From Hormiphora californensis (lineage: Eukaryota; Animalia; Ctenophora), in NCBI GenBank assembly GCA_020137815.1, contig CM035351.1, positions 9,548,001-9,612,000 of the forward strand: DNA of 64,000 bases, in the 5' to 3' direction. Below the pieces are notes generated by a model. It saw only the letters and a list, made by a program, of their open reading frames with translations, was not told where the DNA came from and ran no database searches. The translations under genes were made by a program, and so were the position numbers. Numbering within the stretch: position 1 is the stretch's first letter; every line of letters starts with the position of its first letter. Positions 1 to 11,668 of this stretch are shown one piece after another.

Positions 1-97
1 TGAAGATCTGGTATTCCGTTGTTCCTTGACTGGAGTTGTGTACTCCTCAGGTAGATCCCCATGAAACAATTCCTCGTGGGCAGTGAGAGAGGCCTGG

Positions 98-805
98 TCA
101 GCCACCCGTGTACCACAATGCAGGCAGGTCAGTGCGGGACAGTGCTTTACCACGAAACAGCTTGTTATTACTGGGAACTTTGTTTAGACTCCTCTCAAAT
201 GCACTACACCGGTACCTCCTAGCTGGGCCACTATTGCCACCTTTCCGTGTATCAGATGTTTGTCGCTTGCTCTTCTTATTCAACTGTTCCTCAGATTCAA
301 TAATAAACTTCTTGGGCCGGCCTCTCTTCCTTTTAGCTGATACTGACGAATCGGAGGAAGGGGCCGTTTCAAATGTAGCGTGACCATTGGTTGTCCCATT
401 TGGTAATTTCCCAGAAGATGTTGTCCCATTTGGTACTTTCCCAGAAGATGTTGTCCCGTTTGGTACTTTCCCAGAATCTGCGGGTACTGTCCCATTTGGT
501 ACCTTCCCAGAAGACCCATTTTTGCCAGCTGAGGAGGTGCTAGCTGTGCTACCATCCCCCTCATCCTCATTGATAAATAGATCACCCTCCTGAAGGAGGC
601 GATATAACGTCCTCCCGCTCTCTAAACTCTTGATAGATCGCCTCCAGTTTCGATGCCGACCCTTCCCAGCTAACCTCTCAAACTGGGCTAGAGTTACAGT
701 CCCATCTGAACAGGTTACACAGGGCTTCTTGGCGTGGAAGATATCGAGGTCAAGTTGTCCGGGGTGACCGTTGCAGATGATATCAAGAGTCGGAGCATTT
801 TTCAT
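98..805 (-). CDS. SAND-domain nuclear protein (with AT-hook-like motif); probably continues past the window start
   Basis: LDIICNGHPGQL...VTLAQFERLAGKGRHRNWRRSIK...TLYRLL matches the SAND fold (KDWK-type motif as RNWRRSI); KRKRGRPKK is AT-hook-like; ATG at 805 follows ctaac-pyrimidine-CAG; an open frame in bases 1-97 suggests a frameshift rather than a true stop at 98. Confidence 0.7.
   Translation of the reverse strand: MKNAPTLDIICNGHPGQLDLDIFHAKKPCVTCSDGTVTLAQFERLAGKGRHRNWRRSIKSLESGRTLYRLLQEGDLFINEDEGDGSTASTSSAGKNGSSGKVPNGTVPADSGKVPNGTTSSGKVPNGTTSSGKLPNGTTNGHATFETAPSSDSSVSAKRKRGRPKKFIIESEEQLNKKSKRQTSDTRKGGNSGPARRYRCSAFERSLNKVPSNNKLFRGKALSRTDLPALWYTGG
387..515. repeat. Coding 30-bp tandem repeat (SSGKVPNGTT-like x4) inside the SAND gene
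   Basis: Repeated gttgtcccatttggtactttcccagaagat units. Confidence 0.85.
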
Positions 806-1014
806 GCTGGAAAACAAGGTTAGAAATAACAGGGAGTTACACAGTTAGAGAGAATGATATCACGACACGGAGGTTTCTTGAAGAGAAAAAGTAAAGTAAA
901 AAACATATACACGATACGACGATGTTACGATAACTTATTTGTACAAATATGATAATCTAATTTACAAAAAACGGGGTGTGATATTAGCAACCAGCGCTTT
1001 ATGATCCGATCACA

Positions 1015-1588
1015 TCACACAGATACGTCATCTCTAATCTCCTGAGCTGTCTTGTACTCTGGTAAATCTGCACTTGATTTATCTTCCTAAAAACAGAGAA
1101 AGGATGATTAGTATTGTTACCTGGTCAATCGTCTAGATTATGATTTTAACAGAATCTTAGATCGAACTCAATAATGTGGAACACAGAATAAGCTGTGACC
1201 ATAACAACATACCAGCAGGAGATCAAGGTCTTCGACGGCCTTCCTTAGTCGGTTTCGGGCATCAGGTACCATAGCCTTGCTTTCATCAACAACCTCCCCC
1301 TGAAAATAAGATATACTGTTTCTCAATCCTCTCAAAACAACAACAGAAAAACAGGACATTAGGGTAGATCTCTAATATAGAGGAACAACAGGACATTAAC
1401 AGAGAGGAATTATATGATCTCTATATATCTCTCACCATTTTCTTGATATCATATGGATCCTTTCCCTCATCCTTCATTTGCTGAACCTTTAGCTCCCCAT
1501 CCACAACTTCCTTCTGATACATCTGGACCTCCTTGTTCAACCTCTTAACCACACCAGACTTGATTCTCAGCTGCTTTTTGGCGTCCAT
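1015..1588 (-). CDS. TBCA: Tubulin-folding cofactor A, 3 exons (~1588-1436, ~1300-1214, ~1086-1015)
   Basis: MDAKKQLRIKSGVVKRLNKEVQMYQKE...YDIKKM | GEVVDESKAMVPDARNRLRKAVEDL | EDKSSADLPEYKTAQEI* with GT-AG junctions. Confidence 0.92.
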
Positions 1589-1931
1589 AGCTAGATTCCT
1601 ACACAATACATAGGGATGTTTAGTGTGGGGAGGTGGGAGAGAAGGGCAGTGTAGACATGGAAACTAAAACTGAATAAAAAATTTCTGATAGTCAGCTGGT
1701 GAGGGCACGCCATATTTAACTAATCAGATTCACGATTATTATGTCATTGAATGTAAATATAAGTAGACACACGGCCTACTGCTGAAAGAGTAGTATTGCG
1801 GAACGAATTAAGAGGTTAAATAAATAGTTAAAACTAACAGATACATTCCTCAGTTTCACGCACTATCTCACACTCACTCGATCAAGATGAGCATCAGTCT
1901 CTATATCATAAAAATAACCATATTATCAGTT

Positions 1932-3119
1932 CTAGGACGACTCAATAATTTTAGGTTCAATCATCTGTCGAATGTTCAACTCGATCGTGTCGCCCTCCGA
2001 TCCAAGATCTTCAGGGTCTTCGACCATATCAAAGCGTCCATTGGTAGGAGCTATAACGCCCCTAAGAATACGGACAATAACGTTTTGAGAGGAGGGATCC
2101 AGTTCCAGGATTATACCCTCCTTGTATGCTGATATTACAGGACTATAACTTTCATTTAGGTCCAACATTTTGAATGCTAGTTTATCTTGAGGCTGGGGCA
2201 TTCCAACCAAATCTTTCAGCTTCGAATAGTCTATATCTTCATCAATAGACATTTTCTTTTCTTCTTCCTCCTCTTCTTCCTCTTCTTCCTCCTCCTCTCC
2301 CTCTTCCTCCCGAGAACTTTCTTCGGAGCTAGAGGGATCTGGTTTTCTCCTGATCTTTGGCGGAGGTTCCCCCTCTTCAAGTTCACCCTCACCTTCCTCT
2401 TCTTCACTTTCCTCCTCGCTCTCAGACTCCCTAACCTGACTCTTAACTACGGGAGCGGGGGCAGGTTTTTCAGTCTCTTCTTCATCCGATGAATCTGACG
2501 TCATAGAAGAATCACTAGAGTCACTCTGTTTGGTGATGGATAGAACCTTCTCTACCATGACCTTACTCTTTGACATTGAGTTGTTGACCATTTTCTGAAG
2601 CAGAGTCGAGGAGTTTGTCTTGAGGTCCGCCTCAACATAACTCAAGGTGGTTTTGGATGAGCTTGGGAGAGCAGTAACAACGGGAATTGATTCCGCACAC
2701 ACAGTCTCAGGGGCAGGTGGACGGGTATAAACCTTGCTACGATTTCTGTACTTATCCTTGCCGATAGGGGTAACATTCTTGTTAAACTTTTTGTGGACAG
2801 GGTTTTCTATTGTGATAGAGCACTGGGGTCGAGACTCCTGGACAGGAGCAATGTTCGTGACACAAAGGGGTGCAGATTTTATCCAAATATCATCTTCAGC
2901 CGAATCGATGATGCAGGTTGAGGTCCATTTTGGAGCGATGATTCCATTGATATAAACACACACCTGTTCCTCATTGATCTTCATCTTCGAAGCAATATCC
3001 CCTAACATCTTTCCAATGTTTGGAGTTATGATGGGGTCCATAAAGTACCATATCTTGGACTCTCTGTGGTATATTTCACGGTCGAAGTTAAGAACAATTC
3101 GTAATCCTGCTTTGGTCAT
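1932..3119 (-). CDS. COIL: Coilin (Cajal body scaffold), single exon
   Basis: N-terminal LRIVLNF..IWYF domain, acidic/Ser-rich centre, C-terminal Tudor-like DYSKLKDLVGMPQPQDKLAFKMLDLNESYSPVISAYKEG. Confidence 0.88.
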   Translation of the reverse strand: MTKAGLRIVLNFDREIYHRESKIWYFMDPIITPNIGKMLGDIASKMKINEEQVCVYINGIIAPKWTSTCIIDSAEDDIWIKSAPLCVTNIAPVQESRPQCSITIENPVHKKFNKNVTPIGKDKYRNRSKVYTRPPAPETVCAESIPVVTALPSSSKTTLSYVEADLKTNSSTLLQKMVNNSMSKSKVMVEKVLSITKQSDSSDSSMTSDSSDEEETEKPAPAPVVKSQVRESESEEESEEEEGEGELEEGEPPPKIRRKPDPSSSEESSREEEGEEEEEEEEEEEEEKKMSIDEDIDYSKLKDLVGMPQPQDKLAFKMLDLNESYSPVISAYKEGIILELDPSSQNVIVRILRGVIAPTNGRFDMVEDPEDLGSEGDTIELNIRQMIEPKIIESS

Positions 3120-4398
3120 AAGTCATAGAAACTACTAAAACAGAGGGGAGAAAGTAAGAAACCAAGGGGGAATTTCTGTGGCCGGAGTTTCGTTTTATGC
3201 CTTGGAAATCAGTACAGTAAACGGTCTACGGAACGTTGGCATACGTTGCAGGCCCCTTATAATATAACAATCGTTGCGGGGGTGCGCGCATGAGGGGGCT
3301 GCAGCGCATTCCAATACGGAACGCAGCTGTTTTTTTTTCTGCAGCTCGGCCGTAGTAGGGACCCTAATCTGATCCAGGCACGGATTTCACCCCCCTTTTT
3401 TATGATTGGAAATAGTTAATTAATTGTCCCTTAGTCATGTACATTACAAGAAATATACGCGTGCCTGGGTTAATTGGCCAATAAAAGCCAATTAAGTCTT
3501 AATTGCCAGTCAAACTACTTAAATGTCTCTTATTCTTGATTGAAGCATCGGATTTGAGTCTAGTAAAAAGCATAGTGTTCTAAATTACTCTGCAAACAAG
3601 ATACAGTAAAAAATTTGGATAAAATTGGTTCTAAATTAGGTTTTTTGAACATGGGCCAAATACCCGCCAAAACCAATAAATAGGGTACTTTTCCAATGCT
3701 GTCATCTTTTGACTTTCATCTGTACTTTTATACCGCGCGCACCAATATGTACCGTGCGCGGCAATCAGAACACCTTGTTCAAGGACAAAGGAAGGAGGTC
3801 TCATGGAAACAGCTGAAAAATGCGCTGACAAGTGCCATAACCATGTTAATGGATTTCTTCCTCATTTTACGACCATTTCCAAGTTCCAGTATTCCGATAT
3901 TAAACACAAAATGAAACATGTTTGTATACAGAGAGGGAAAGAGTAAGAGTAAGAGGGGAGAGAGTGAGAGAGAGAGAGAGAAAAAGAGGGATAATTACAA
4001 ACATGTTTCAATGATTCAACCACACTGTTCTTTGTAATTGTTTACCAAAAATTTAAACTGACATACATAATAAAATGGTACACAGTTCATTGTTCAAATA
4101 GACGAAAAATATCAGCAATTAATAACATCCACACAGGCATAATTATAAAACGGTCCGTTGTGATTAACTGTGTACCGTATAATCAGCTGATCAAACTGTT
4201 CACCCCACCCATGGTTTTATCTGGAAAAATATTTAATTTCCACGTCACTCTGGCGGTATTATAATTGTTCCTTGCTATTTCGGGGTCAACATTTGGAATG
4301 AGTACGGAAAACAATGAAAGTTCAATTATTTCAAACACTCATTCAAGGGCTTCGCCAACACAGGAATAGTCCCGCTATCACAGGCGACACCCAGAGTC

Positions 4399-4740
4399 CT
4401 ACACACAATGTATTACTCCACCGCTAATCACATAGCGTCCCTCAGGATGCGACCTTCTCAACTCACTCAATGTCTTTAATGTTCTCTTTCTCTCAACCCT
4501 CTGCTCTAGAGTCCGATTAGGCTCCAGAAACACCTTGGAGTAGGCCGTAGTAGTCTTGAGCTCCCTTGCCTTCCTCAGAAGAGAAATCAGAGTTTCCCTG
4601 GAGTTCAGAGAGACAACGACAGGTCTCACTTTTCCATCAGCAGCAGCACCCACTCTGGAACACTTGGAGATCACAGGCTTCTCGTTTAGAGAGTCCATAA
4701 CTCCGAAAGGGATCTTTGAGAAGCAGGATACACCTATCAT
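4399..4740 (-). mobile_element. Isolated LINE (CR1/L2-type) ORF1 C-terminal fragment
   Basis: SRVG...RPVVVSLNSRETLISLLRKARELK...KVFLEPNRTLEQRVERK is typical of LINE ORF1p RRM/CTD; no ORF2 follows. Confidence 0.65.
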
Positions 4741-4836
4741 TGCAGATATTTTACGCTTCCACCCAGGTATTCCGGCCGTTCCAACTGAGCGCCGTTCTGT
4801 GATGAGTTTTCCTGAAAGAATACAGTGGTGAGGGAG

Positions 4837-4839
<3 letters not shown>

Positions 4840-4929
<90 letters not shown>

Positions 4930-4935
4930 GAGAGA
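4840..4935. repeat. (AG)n microsatellite
   Basis: Direct observation; similar tracts at ~13850-13908, 56630-56705, 56899-56947 and 61618-61681. Confidence 0.95.
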
Positions 4936-5338
4936 GTGGATGGTGAGAGAGAAATAGAGATAGGGAGATACAGAGAGAAATACAGAGACAATAGGAGAGA
5001 ATCGAGATATAATATAATAATAACATAACGGCGAGGGAGATACAGAAAATTATTGTACATGACTGTACTGTTGAGGTTCACACAATAAATGCATGCACAT
5101 CATTTCCCTCTAATATATGTCAAACTTGTGATAGATATAGAGCTAGAGAAACACTCTAAGACAGACTATAGTGTAGGTCATGGGTATGCCATACCCATGA
5201 CCTACACCATACACCATACCCAGTATGGAGAAATATATCAAAGGGATGGAGAGATAGAGATGGAGAGATAGCGATGGAGATGGCCTTGCTCAAACCTCTT
5301 TCCTAGTAGGGGGGTTAGAACATAACAAGATGGAGATA

Positions 5339-5404
5339 CAGGGTGGGCCAGAAACATGGAGCCATTTTGAGATAACTAATGTGTCAATACAGTTCGCTCT
5401 CCGA
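5339..5404 (+). mobile_element. Truncated 5' end of the Tc1/mariner-type MITE seen in full at 31451-31730
   Basis: TA-cagggtgggccagaaacatggagccattttgagataactaatgtgtcaatacagttcgctctccga is nearly identical to 31451-31516. Confidence 0.8.
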
Positions 5405-6119
5405 AATAGAGCTAGAGATAGAGCAAGAGATAGAGAGAAGACATCTGATAGCGAACGACAGAGGGAGACAGATTGCTCTATCATAATCATCATACCTACA
5501 TGAATAGCATGTAATAAAGATAAACAGAAATGTAATAAATAACTGGGAAGAGAATAGAATAAATAACTGGGAAGAGAATGGAACTCGGGAGGGATTTGGG
5601 AAGGGACGATTTGACAACTAACCTTCTTGGTTATGGAGATGAGAGTGTAGTTCACGCGTCCAGTCCAGTTCTCTTTTCGGAAAATATCCCATCCACATAC
5701 TAGTTGGCCATCGTCTAATTGTAGTCGTTACTGCGGTGAAAACTAGATTCCCATGTTTATCATATCAGTTGGTACCTGGACGGGGCAAAGATTGTTTATA
5801 GACATGGTGATGTAACTAGCTAAAAAAATGGTGAACATGTATTAGACTGTTTATCGATCGTGATTCGATTAATTGGGGTTTCTTGCAACATTAGCTGGTA
5901 CAGAATTTAGTGGTAACAGTACCTCGTTTGTAATAATTCCCCGAGAGAAAAGAAGAACACTTTTCCTCTTTGTAGACATTACACATCCGACATCCGTACA
6001 CATCACTACTTTTGAGTTTTTCGTTTGCAGCATTAAACTATCAAATACTACCAGTTATAAATAAGAAATTTAGGGATTAAAGGATAATAAATAGAGGGGA
6101 TAGGTATAGTAACAAGGAG

Positions 6120-6670
6120 AAAGGGTTCAAAAGTAGGTACCTAGGAGAGACGATGTAGAATCAGGTACCAAAAAGGGGGATGCAAAAGGAGTTACCCAAA
6201 AGGGGGAGGATGTAGAAGCAGGTATGAAGGAGTAAGGGTAAAGAAGGCTGAAGGAGGTACCCAGGAGGGGGATGAAGAAGCAGGTACCATAAGGAGGAAG
6301 GGTGTGCATGAAAGTTGGGCCAAGAGAGAATACAGAAGGAAAGACCCAGTGCTGGGGTGCAGGAGGAGGTACCCAGGGTACGGATGGAAGGTGGTACTCT
6401 GAAAGGAGAGAGTGCAGGAAGAGGTAAACCGGGCCAAGGGAGAGAGCAGAAAGATATACCCAATGGCCACTACCCAGGAGCGAGGGAGAATGTAGAAGCA
6501 GGTACCACAGATGGCAAAAGGATGCACCAAAGACTCAGGACACAGGAAGGAGGATGTACAAACTGGTACAAAAGAGGGAGGGTGCAAAAAGGTGCCCAGG
6601 AGAGGTCAAACTCTAGAGGAAGTACAGAAGGGGGCTCCAAGGTGCCCAGTAGGAGGAAGAAGCTATGGCA
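6120..6670. repeat. Degenerate purine-rich tandem repeat (gatgtagaagcaggtacc-type units)
   Basis: Recurring gatgtagaa(g)caggtac / ggtaccc motifs at roughly 40-60 bp spacing. Confidence 0.55.
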
Positions 6671-6857
6671 GCGACTGCATAATGCTAAAGGAGAACCGAG
6701 AAACCCACGATCGAGGCAGTGGTCTGATGAGGGTCCTTCAGTAAATGTAAATGTAATATAATCATTTATATATACCACTTTATAGTGTAAAATAATGGAG
6801 CACGCACCAACAGCCTACGCTTGACATACTCTCTCACTTTCAAAAGTGGTACAGATA

Positions 6858-6967
6858 CAAAACACGAGCATAACAAAACACGAACATACAAACACGAACA
6901 TAAACACGAACATACAAAACACGAACATACAAAACACGAACATATACCACGAACATTCAAAACACGA
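6858..6967. repeat. Short tandem repeat (acaaaacacgaacat)n
   Basis: About 7 imperfect 13-16 bp copies. Confidence 0.8.
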
Positions 6968-7959
6968 TCATAACAGCTTTCAACAGGGGGGGGGGGGTTT
7001 CAACAAGAAAGCAGCCAAATTGTGGGAAGCGATAAATTAATAAGATTGCAATCAAATATGGCACAACTAAAACAGAAAGTAAAGAAATTAATAGAAATCA
7101 GAAGGAAATTGCCAGGAGCGTCCGGATCAGACGTACCAAAATCCACCAGAGTGGATTTGAGACATTTTTGGTTCGGCTCGGCTGTGGACGAACTTCTCGC
7201 TCAGAAAGAGCCGCGCACTTGCACGCGCAAATCTATTTACAAATTTCACTACTGCGCGCGAAATTAAGAAACCCTACTACCGGCCGGACCGCGTTTTATT
7301 TAGTTACGTCGGATCGCGAGATCTGGACGCGCGGCACGTAGTGGAAGCTCTTACGGTAATTCCCACGCACCGTGGGAACATTTCCCACGCCGCGCCCTGT
7401 TTTCCCACGCTTTGCTTTCACCCCACAAAGAATTATCGCGCGTGACGTCTAAAGTTTTGAGGATGCAGTTGTTAACAATTTGGGTAGCGCCGCGAGCATC
7501 AGAGCACAGCAGCAGCAGGTCACTGAGCATTTCGGTACTATCACACTGCACAGTGCACACACATGACACATTGCACCAATGGATTGCATCATTGGCGTTG
7601 GAACATCAATGAGGAACAGTTCGGTGGAAGGGAAACCAGGCCAAGAGTGCTGTCATGGCTGTAACCAGCCCCAGCGTCGTCTAATTACAACGATAAAGTA
7701 TGAAAGTTTTACCCTTCGCCGAAACATTCCTAATTGATATATTGGGTACAAAACGAATATTCTTTAATTAGATGGATTTATAACAAAATGAACGCAAAAT
7801 TCTAAGAAGACAGATCACAAACAATTGTTATCTTTCTGGACACTACTTATCGATCACAATATGAAATATTCTCAAAATGATAAAGAGTTTGGTTTTGTTC
7901 AAACCCTAGAACATGGTAAAAAGAGTTCGTGATATCCTAATCTAACGATAATTATAGTC

Positions 7960-10208
7960 CTATAAATCTCAATTTACAGCAGCATCTTGTAGGGAATGCG
8001 GACAGTGACACCTCCGTGTCTAACTTTAGTAGACGTGTCCGATGTCCGTACCGTAGTTAGTCGAATTCCGTTATATTATTATGGGATAACGGCTGATTCC
8101 AGGCATCGATCTTAGATACACATATCTTGTAGATGGGATAATATTAATCGTCTAGAGAGGGTGTTGTAACCAGCTGTACTCGGCAGAATCCTGGGAGGGG
8201 GAGGGAATGTTAGTCAAAAGTGCGTCCAGGACCATGCTCCTTTTATAATTTGGTTTATCGACTATTCAAAAAGACAACCGTCTCGCTGAGAAAGAGACAC
8301 AAATCATCTCTTCTGAGAAGGGATGATTTCAGCCTTCTCCGCTTCCTTCCTTATCTTAATGTGTCACATGGGGTGGGCCTCTATCAGAATCGATAATTTT
8401 GTACCTCTCATCTGGCCGGGATCCGAAGTGGCGGGGCAACTTTAATGTGGTTTGAATGGGAGCCTCTCTCATTATCTCTAGTGCTCGGTCGTGGGTACAG
8501 TTAGTCAGGACCTACAAGGAGAGCTGTTATTACATATCTAGGTATGTATGATTGTGTAAAAATTCCCTTTTATTTCCTCTCCTGAATTCTCCTCGACAAT
8601 GTTCTTAATTCTTATGTTACATTTGATCGCGGCGTGGTGAAGCAGGGTGGAACAAGACAATCAGGTTCAGTACTCACCAGCTACACTGAGCAGTGTATCC
8701 TTAGGGATAATCTCAGTCGCCACTGCAGGACTACTCAACACCCTGATACAGCCCTGGAGTGTGTCGCTACCTCCCTGAATGAAGAATGGTGATGCCAAGA
8801 GCCTGCCGAACTATTGTCACCGTCACTATTTGTTCGTAATGTAGAGTTTTACTGATCGTCAAACCTAGAGGAGGAACAGGGTTTAGAGAGATCTGCACTC
8901 GGTATCAGGGGAGTGTGAGCAGGTTGTTATGTTCTGAGTTCTGACCCTCCTAAAAATTTGTAAACACACACAACAAGAATCCCATTCAAAAGAAAAACTA
9001 TGAAACCGGGCACTAAACGCTGCTCCATCTCATCGCAACCCATCTCGCCATCTCGCCATCTCGCAACTCGCCAGCTCTCCATCGCGCATCAGCGCGCCAA
9101 TCCGCCACGCGCAGCGAAGCCCATCCGCAGCGCGCCAGCGCGCCAGAGCGCCAGCGCGACAGGCGCCAGGAGCCAGCGAGAAAGCGCGCCACAAGAAAGG
9201 CAAAGCCGCAGCGCGCAGCGCGCCAGCGCGACAGCGCGAAAGCGCGCCAGCGCGCACGCGCAAGCTCCCTCAGCGCTCCAGCGCCAAGCGCCAGAGCTTC
9301 CATCGCGCCAGCCAGCTCCAGCGAGCCAATCTCCATCTCTCCATCTATCCAACATCTCCATCTCTCAAGCGAACACGCTCCATCTCTCCATCTCATCATC
9401 CTCCATCTCTCCATCTCTCCATCTCTCCATCTCTCCATCTCTCCATCTCTCCATCTCTCCATCTCTCCATCTCTCCATCTCCTTCTCCATCTCCATCTCC
9501 ATCTCTATCTCTATTAATTCTCCCTCCCTACTCACGGCGGAGTAACTTTTCAGCTACTATAGTGTAACTTAGCCTACAGTGCAACAAGGTCGAACAAGGC
9601 AAGGCAGGGGGGGTGATTTGATCGATACTGGAACTGGTAAGAGATTATAGCAAGTAGCGACGTGTGATCTGAAACTTACTCATGAGTGGTAAGTGCACTG
9701 CTATCTCCATCCCCGATATTAAAGAGGATCTCCAGCTCTGCATCGGATGGGGGCACTGGACAAGAGTGGCGTTCATTACAGTTAGTCGGACCCTATTCTT
9801 GCATTGTCGTAGTATGCTGCCTGTTCGAATGATAGGCCACTAACGGGAACATCGTTTATTGCAGGGACAACGTCACCCGACCGGAGACGGCCATCTTGGT
9901 ATATTAGACCTGGGGGAAGAGGTGAGGTCAGTGAAGACTAGATCTGGTGAAGAAATGAAAATGAAAATGAACTTCAATATTTATATTAGAGTCATATAAG
10001 TGACTCGTCCCGCTCTCACACTACAGACATATACAAATAAGTCATATATATCCTACAAGGCTGAGAGGCTTAGAGCTTCAGCAGTTACCTAAAGCGGGAC
10101 CTAAAGAGAGGATCAGGACCTGGTGATGGGTATGTAATCAATAAACCTGGGTTTATATGTAGCGGGTCACCCGCTAGGGTGATTCGCTGCACCATATACT
10201 GCCCGACC
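7960..10208 (-). pseudogene. Degenerate multi-PDZ gene fragments with retained splice sites
   Basis: Manual translation: ~9909-9790 GLIYQDGRLRSGDVVPAINDVPVSGLSFEQAA; ~8785-8679 IQGGSDTLQGCIRVLSSPAVATEIIPKDTLLSVAG; both PDZ-like, with stops and frameshifts nearby. Confidence 0.6.
9020..9512. repeat. Low-complexity repeat: (CGCGCCAG)-like grading into (CCATCTCT)n
   Basis: Direct observation; the ORFs across it are low-complexity artefacts. Confidence 0.85.
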
Positions 10209-11668
10209 TGCGAAGCAGGGAGGGTGGTACATGGTGTAAAACCCTACCAAAGGGAGGGGTCCATTATTCATACTTTGTATAAGCAAGGATTTGTTGATTA
10301 TAAGTTTCCAGTGGAAAACCCCAACGGGGCACCTACCTATTCTATAATCTAGTGTGTGATCAGGTTACATAGTACCAATGGTACCGTACCATTCGATCTA
10401 GTCTCTCTGTAGGGCCGTATCTTCACAGTTAGGAATCTTTTCTTAACATTTTTGTAGATTCTCAGTGCTCCCTCGTGTCCGGGTGTCCGCGAGGCCAAAA
10501 AACCGGAGAAAGAAAAGAAAAATGGAAAAAAACAAAAAGAATGGTGCTCCAATGACCAATCCCAATTTACGATTATTATAGAGTACAGAAGGGCAATTCT
10601 TTATCTTGTGTTACCTGTTAGGAGGTGATCATCAGCAGCTACAGCCTGCAGACCTATTTGAATGTCTTTCTTTTATGTAGGGAAATGACGAATCAAAGAA
10701 GCTTTGTAAAAACTGAATCGAAGAAACGATAAATTTGAGAAATCCACGCGCAGTCCAGATGTTTTGTCAGCACTGTATATGCTTTCGGCGTGGGAAAAAT
10801 GCGCGCAGCGTGAGAATTTCCCACGCTCGTGGGAATTACCGTAAGAGCTTCCACTAACGGGGCGACGTCGCTCAGAGTTCGCGTGTTACAGCGTGTTACA
10901 GCGCGGCGCTTACACTTAAAATTGCAATTGAAATATTTTGCAAAATCTGAGTCGTGTTTTTTCTCTTCCCGAAACGGAACCAACCGGTTCCAAGTGAAAC
11001 ATTTGGGTGTTTTGAGTGTCACCAGTGCCCAGTGGTGTTAAAACCGTGAGTGGTGAGTCACCACTGGTGACTCACCAATCACGGTTTTTTAGGGTTAACG
11101 TAGGGTTAGGGCTAACGTAGGGTTGGGCTTTGAACTAGCCAAAACGGATGAGTGGCTTCAGGCTTGGTGGTTAGACGGTCTAATATTGCATGTGACCCTC
11201 AAATTATCTTGAAATCCAAGATTATGTTATCAGTTATGTAGGGTACTTTTTGGCAGTGCACACCTGTTTCAACCTCCAAGCGAGAAAAAACGAGCTATTT
11301 CCTTCGACCTTCCGTTTTATTGATTTTTAAGGCGTACCTAGTCTCATACCACACGTCGGCCCATTTTAGGTTTTTAAACACAAAACTTTCAGACACTAGT
11401 TTTGGTTACTTGCGAAAAGTTACGACTTGCCCCGATCACGGACAGTACCAACCAACCAACCGATCACGGACCACCACAGCTGTCATCTGGTGCTGCAATC
11501 TGTTGTTTTGTTCAAACCCATTACCCATTCGCGAAATGGGGTCTAGCTAGGCAAATCTAAAGCTGATCAATATGATATTATCACACGCTTGGGGTGCTAA
11601 CTTCTAAAAAAGCCGACTCTATTTCTTCTTTTTTTATACCCTCTATACACTCTCCCTTCTGAAATAGA

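Larger units (their letters stand above)
7339..10856. mobile_element. Non-autonomous TIR DNA element (~3.5 kb; TAG...CTA ends, 3-bp ACG TSD, Academ-like) carrying host gene fragments
   Basis: 29-bp perfect inverted repeat TAGTGGAAGCTCTTACGGTAATTCCCACG at 7339-7367 and 10828-10856, imperfect to ~75 bp; ACG at 7336-7338 and 10857-10859. Confidence 0.75.

Noticed and set aside
6127-6778. Several overlapping 60-148 aa ORFs
   Set aside because: Arise from a degenerate purine-rich repeat; no domain recognised
9000-9545. 181-aa and overlapping ORFs
   Set aside because: Translations of low-complexity repeat
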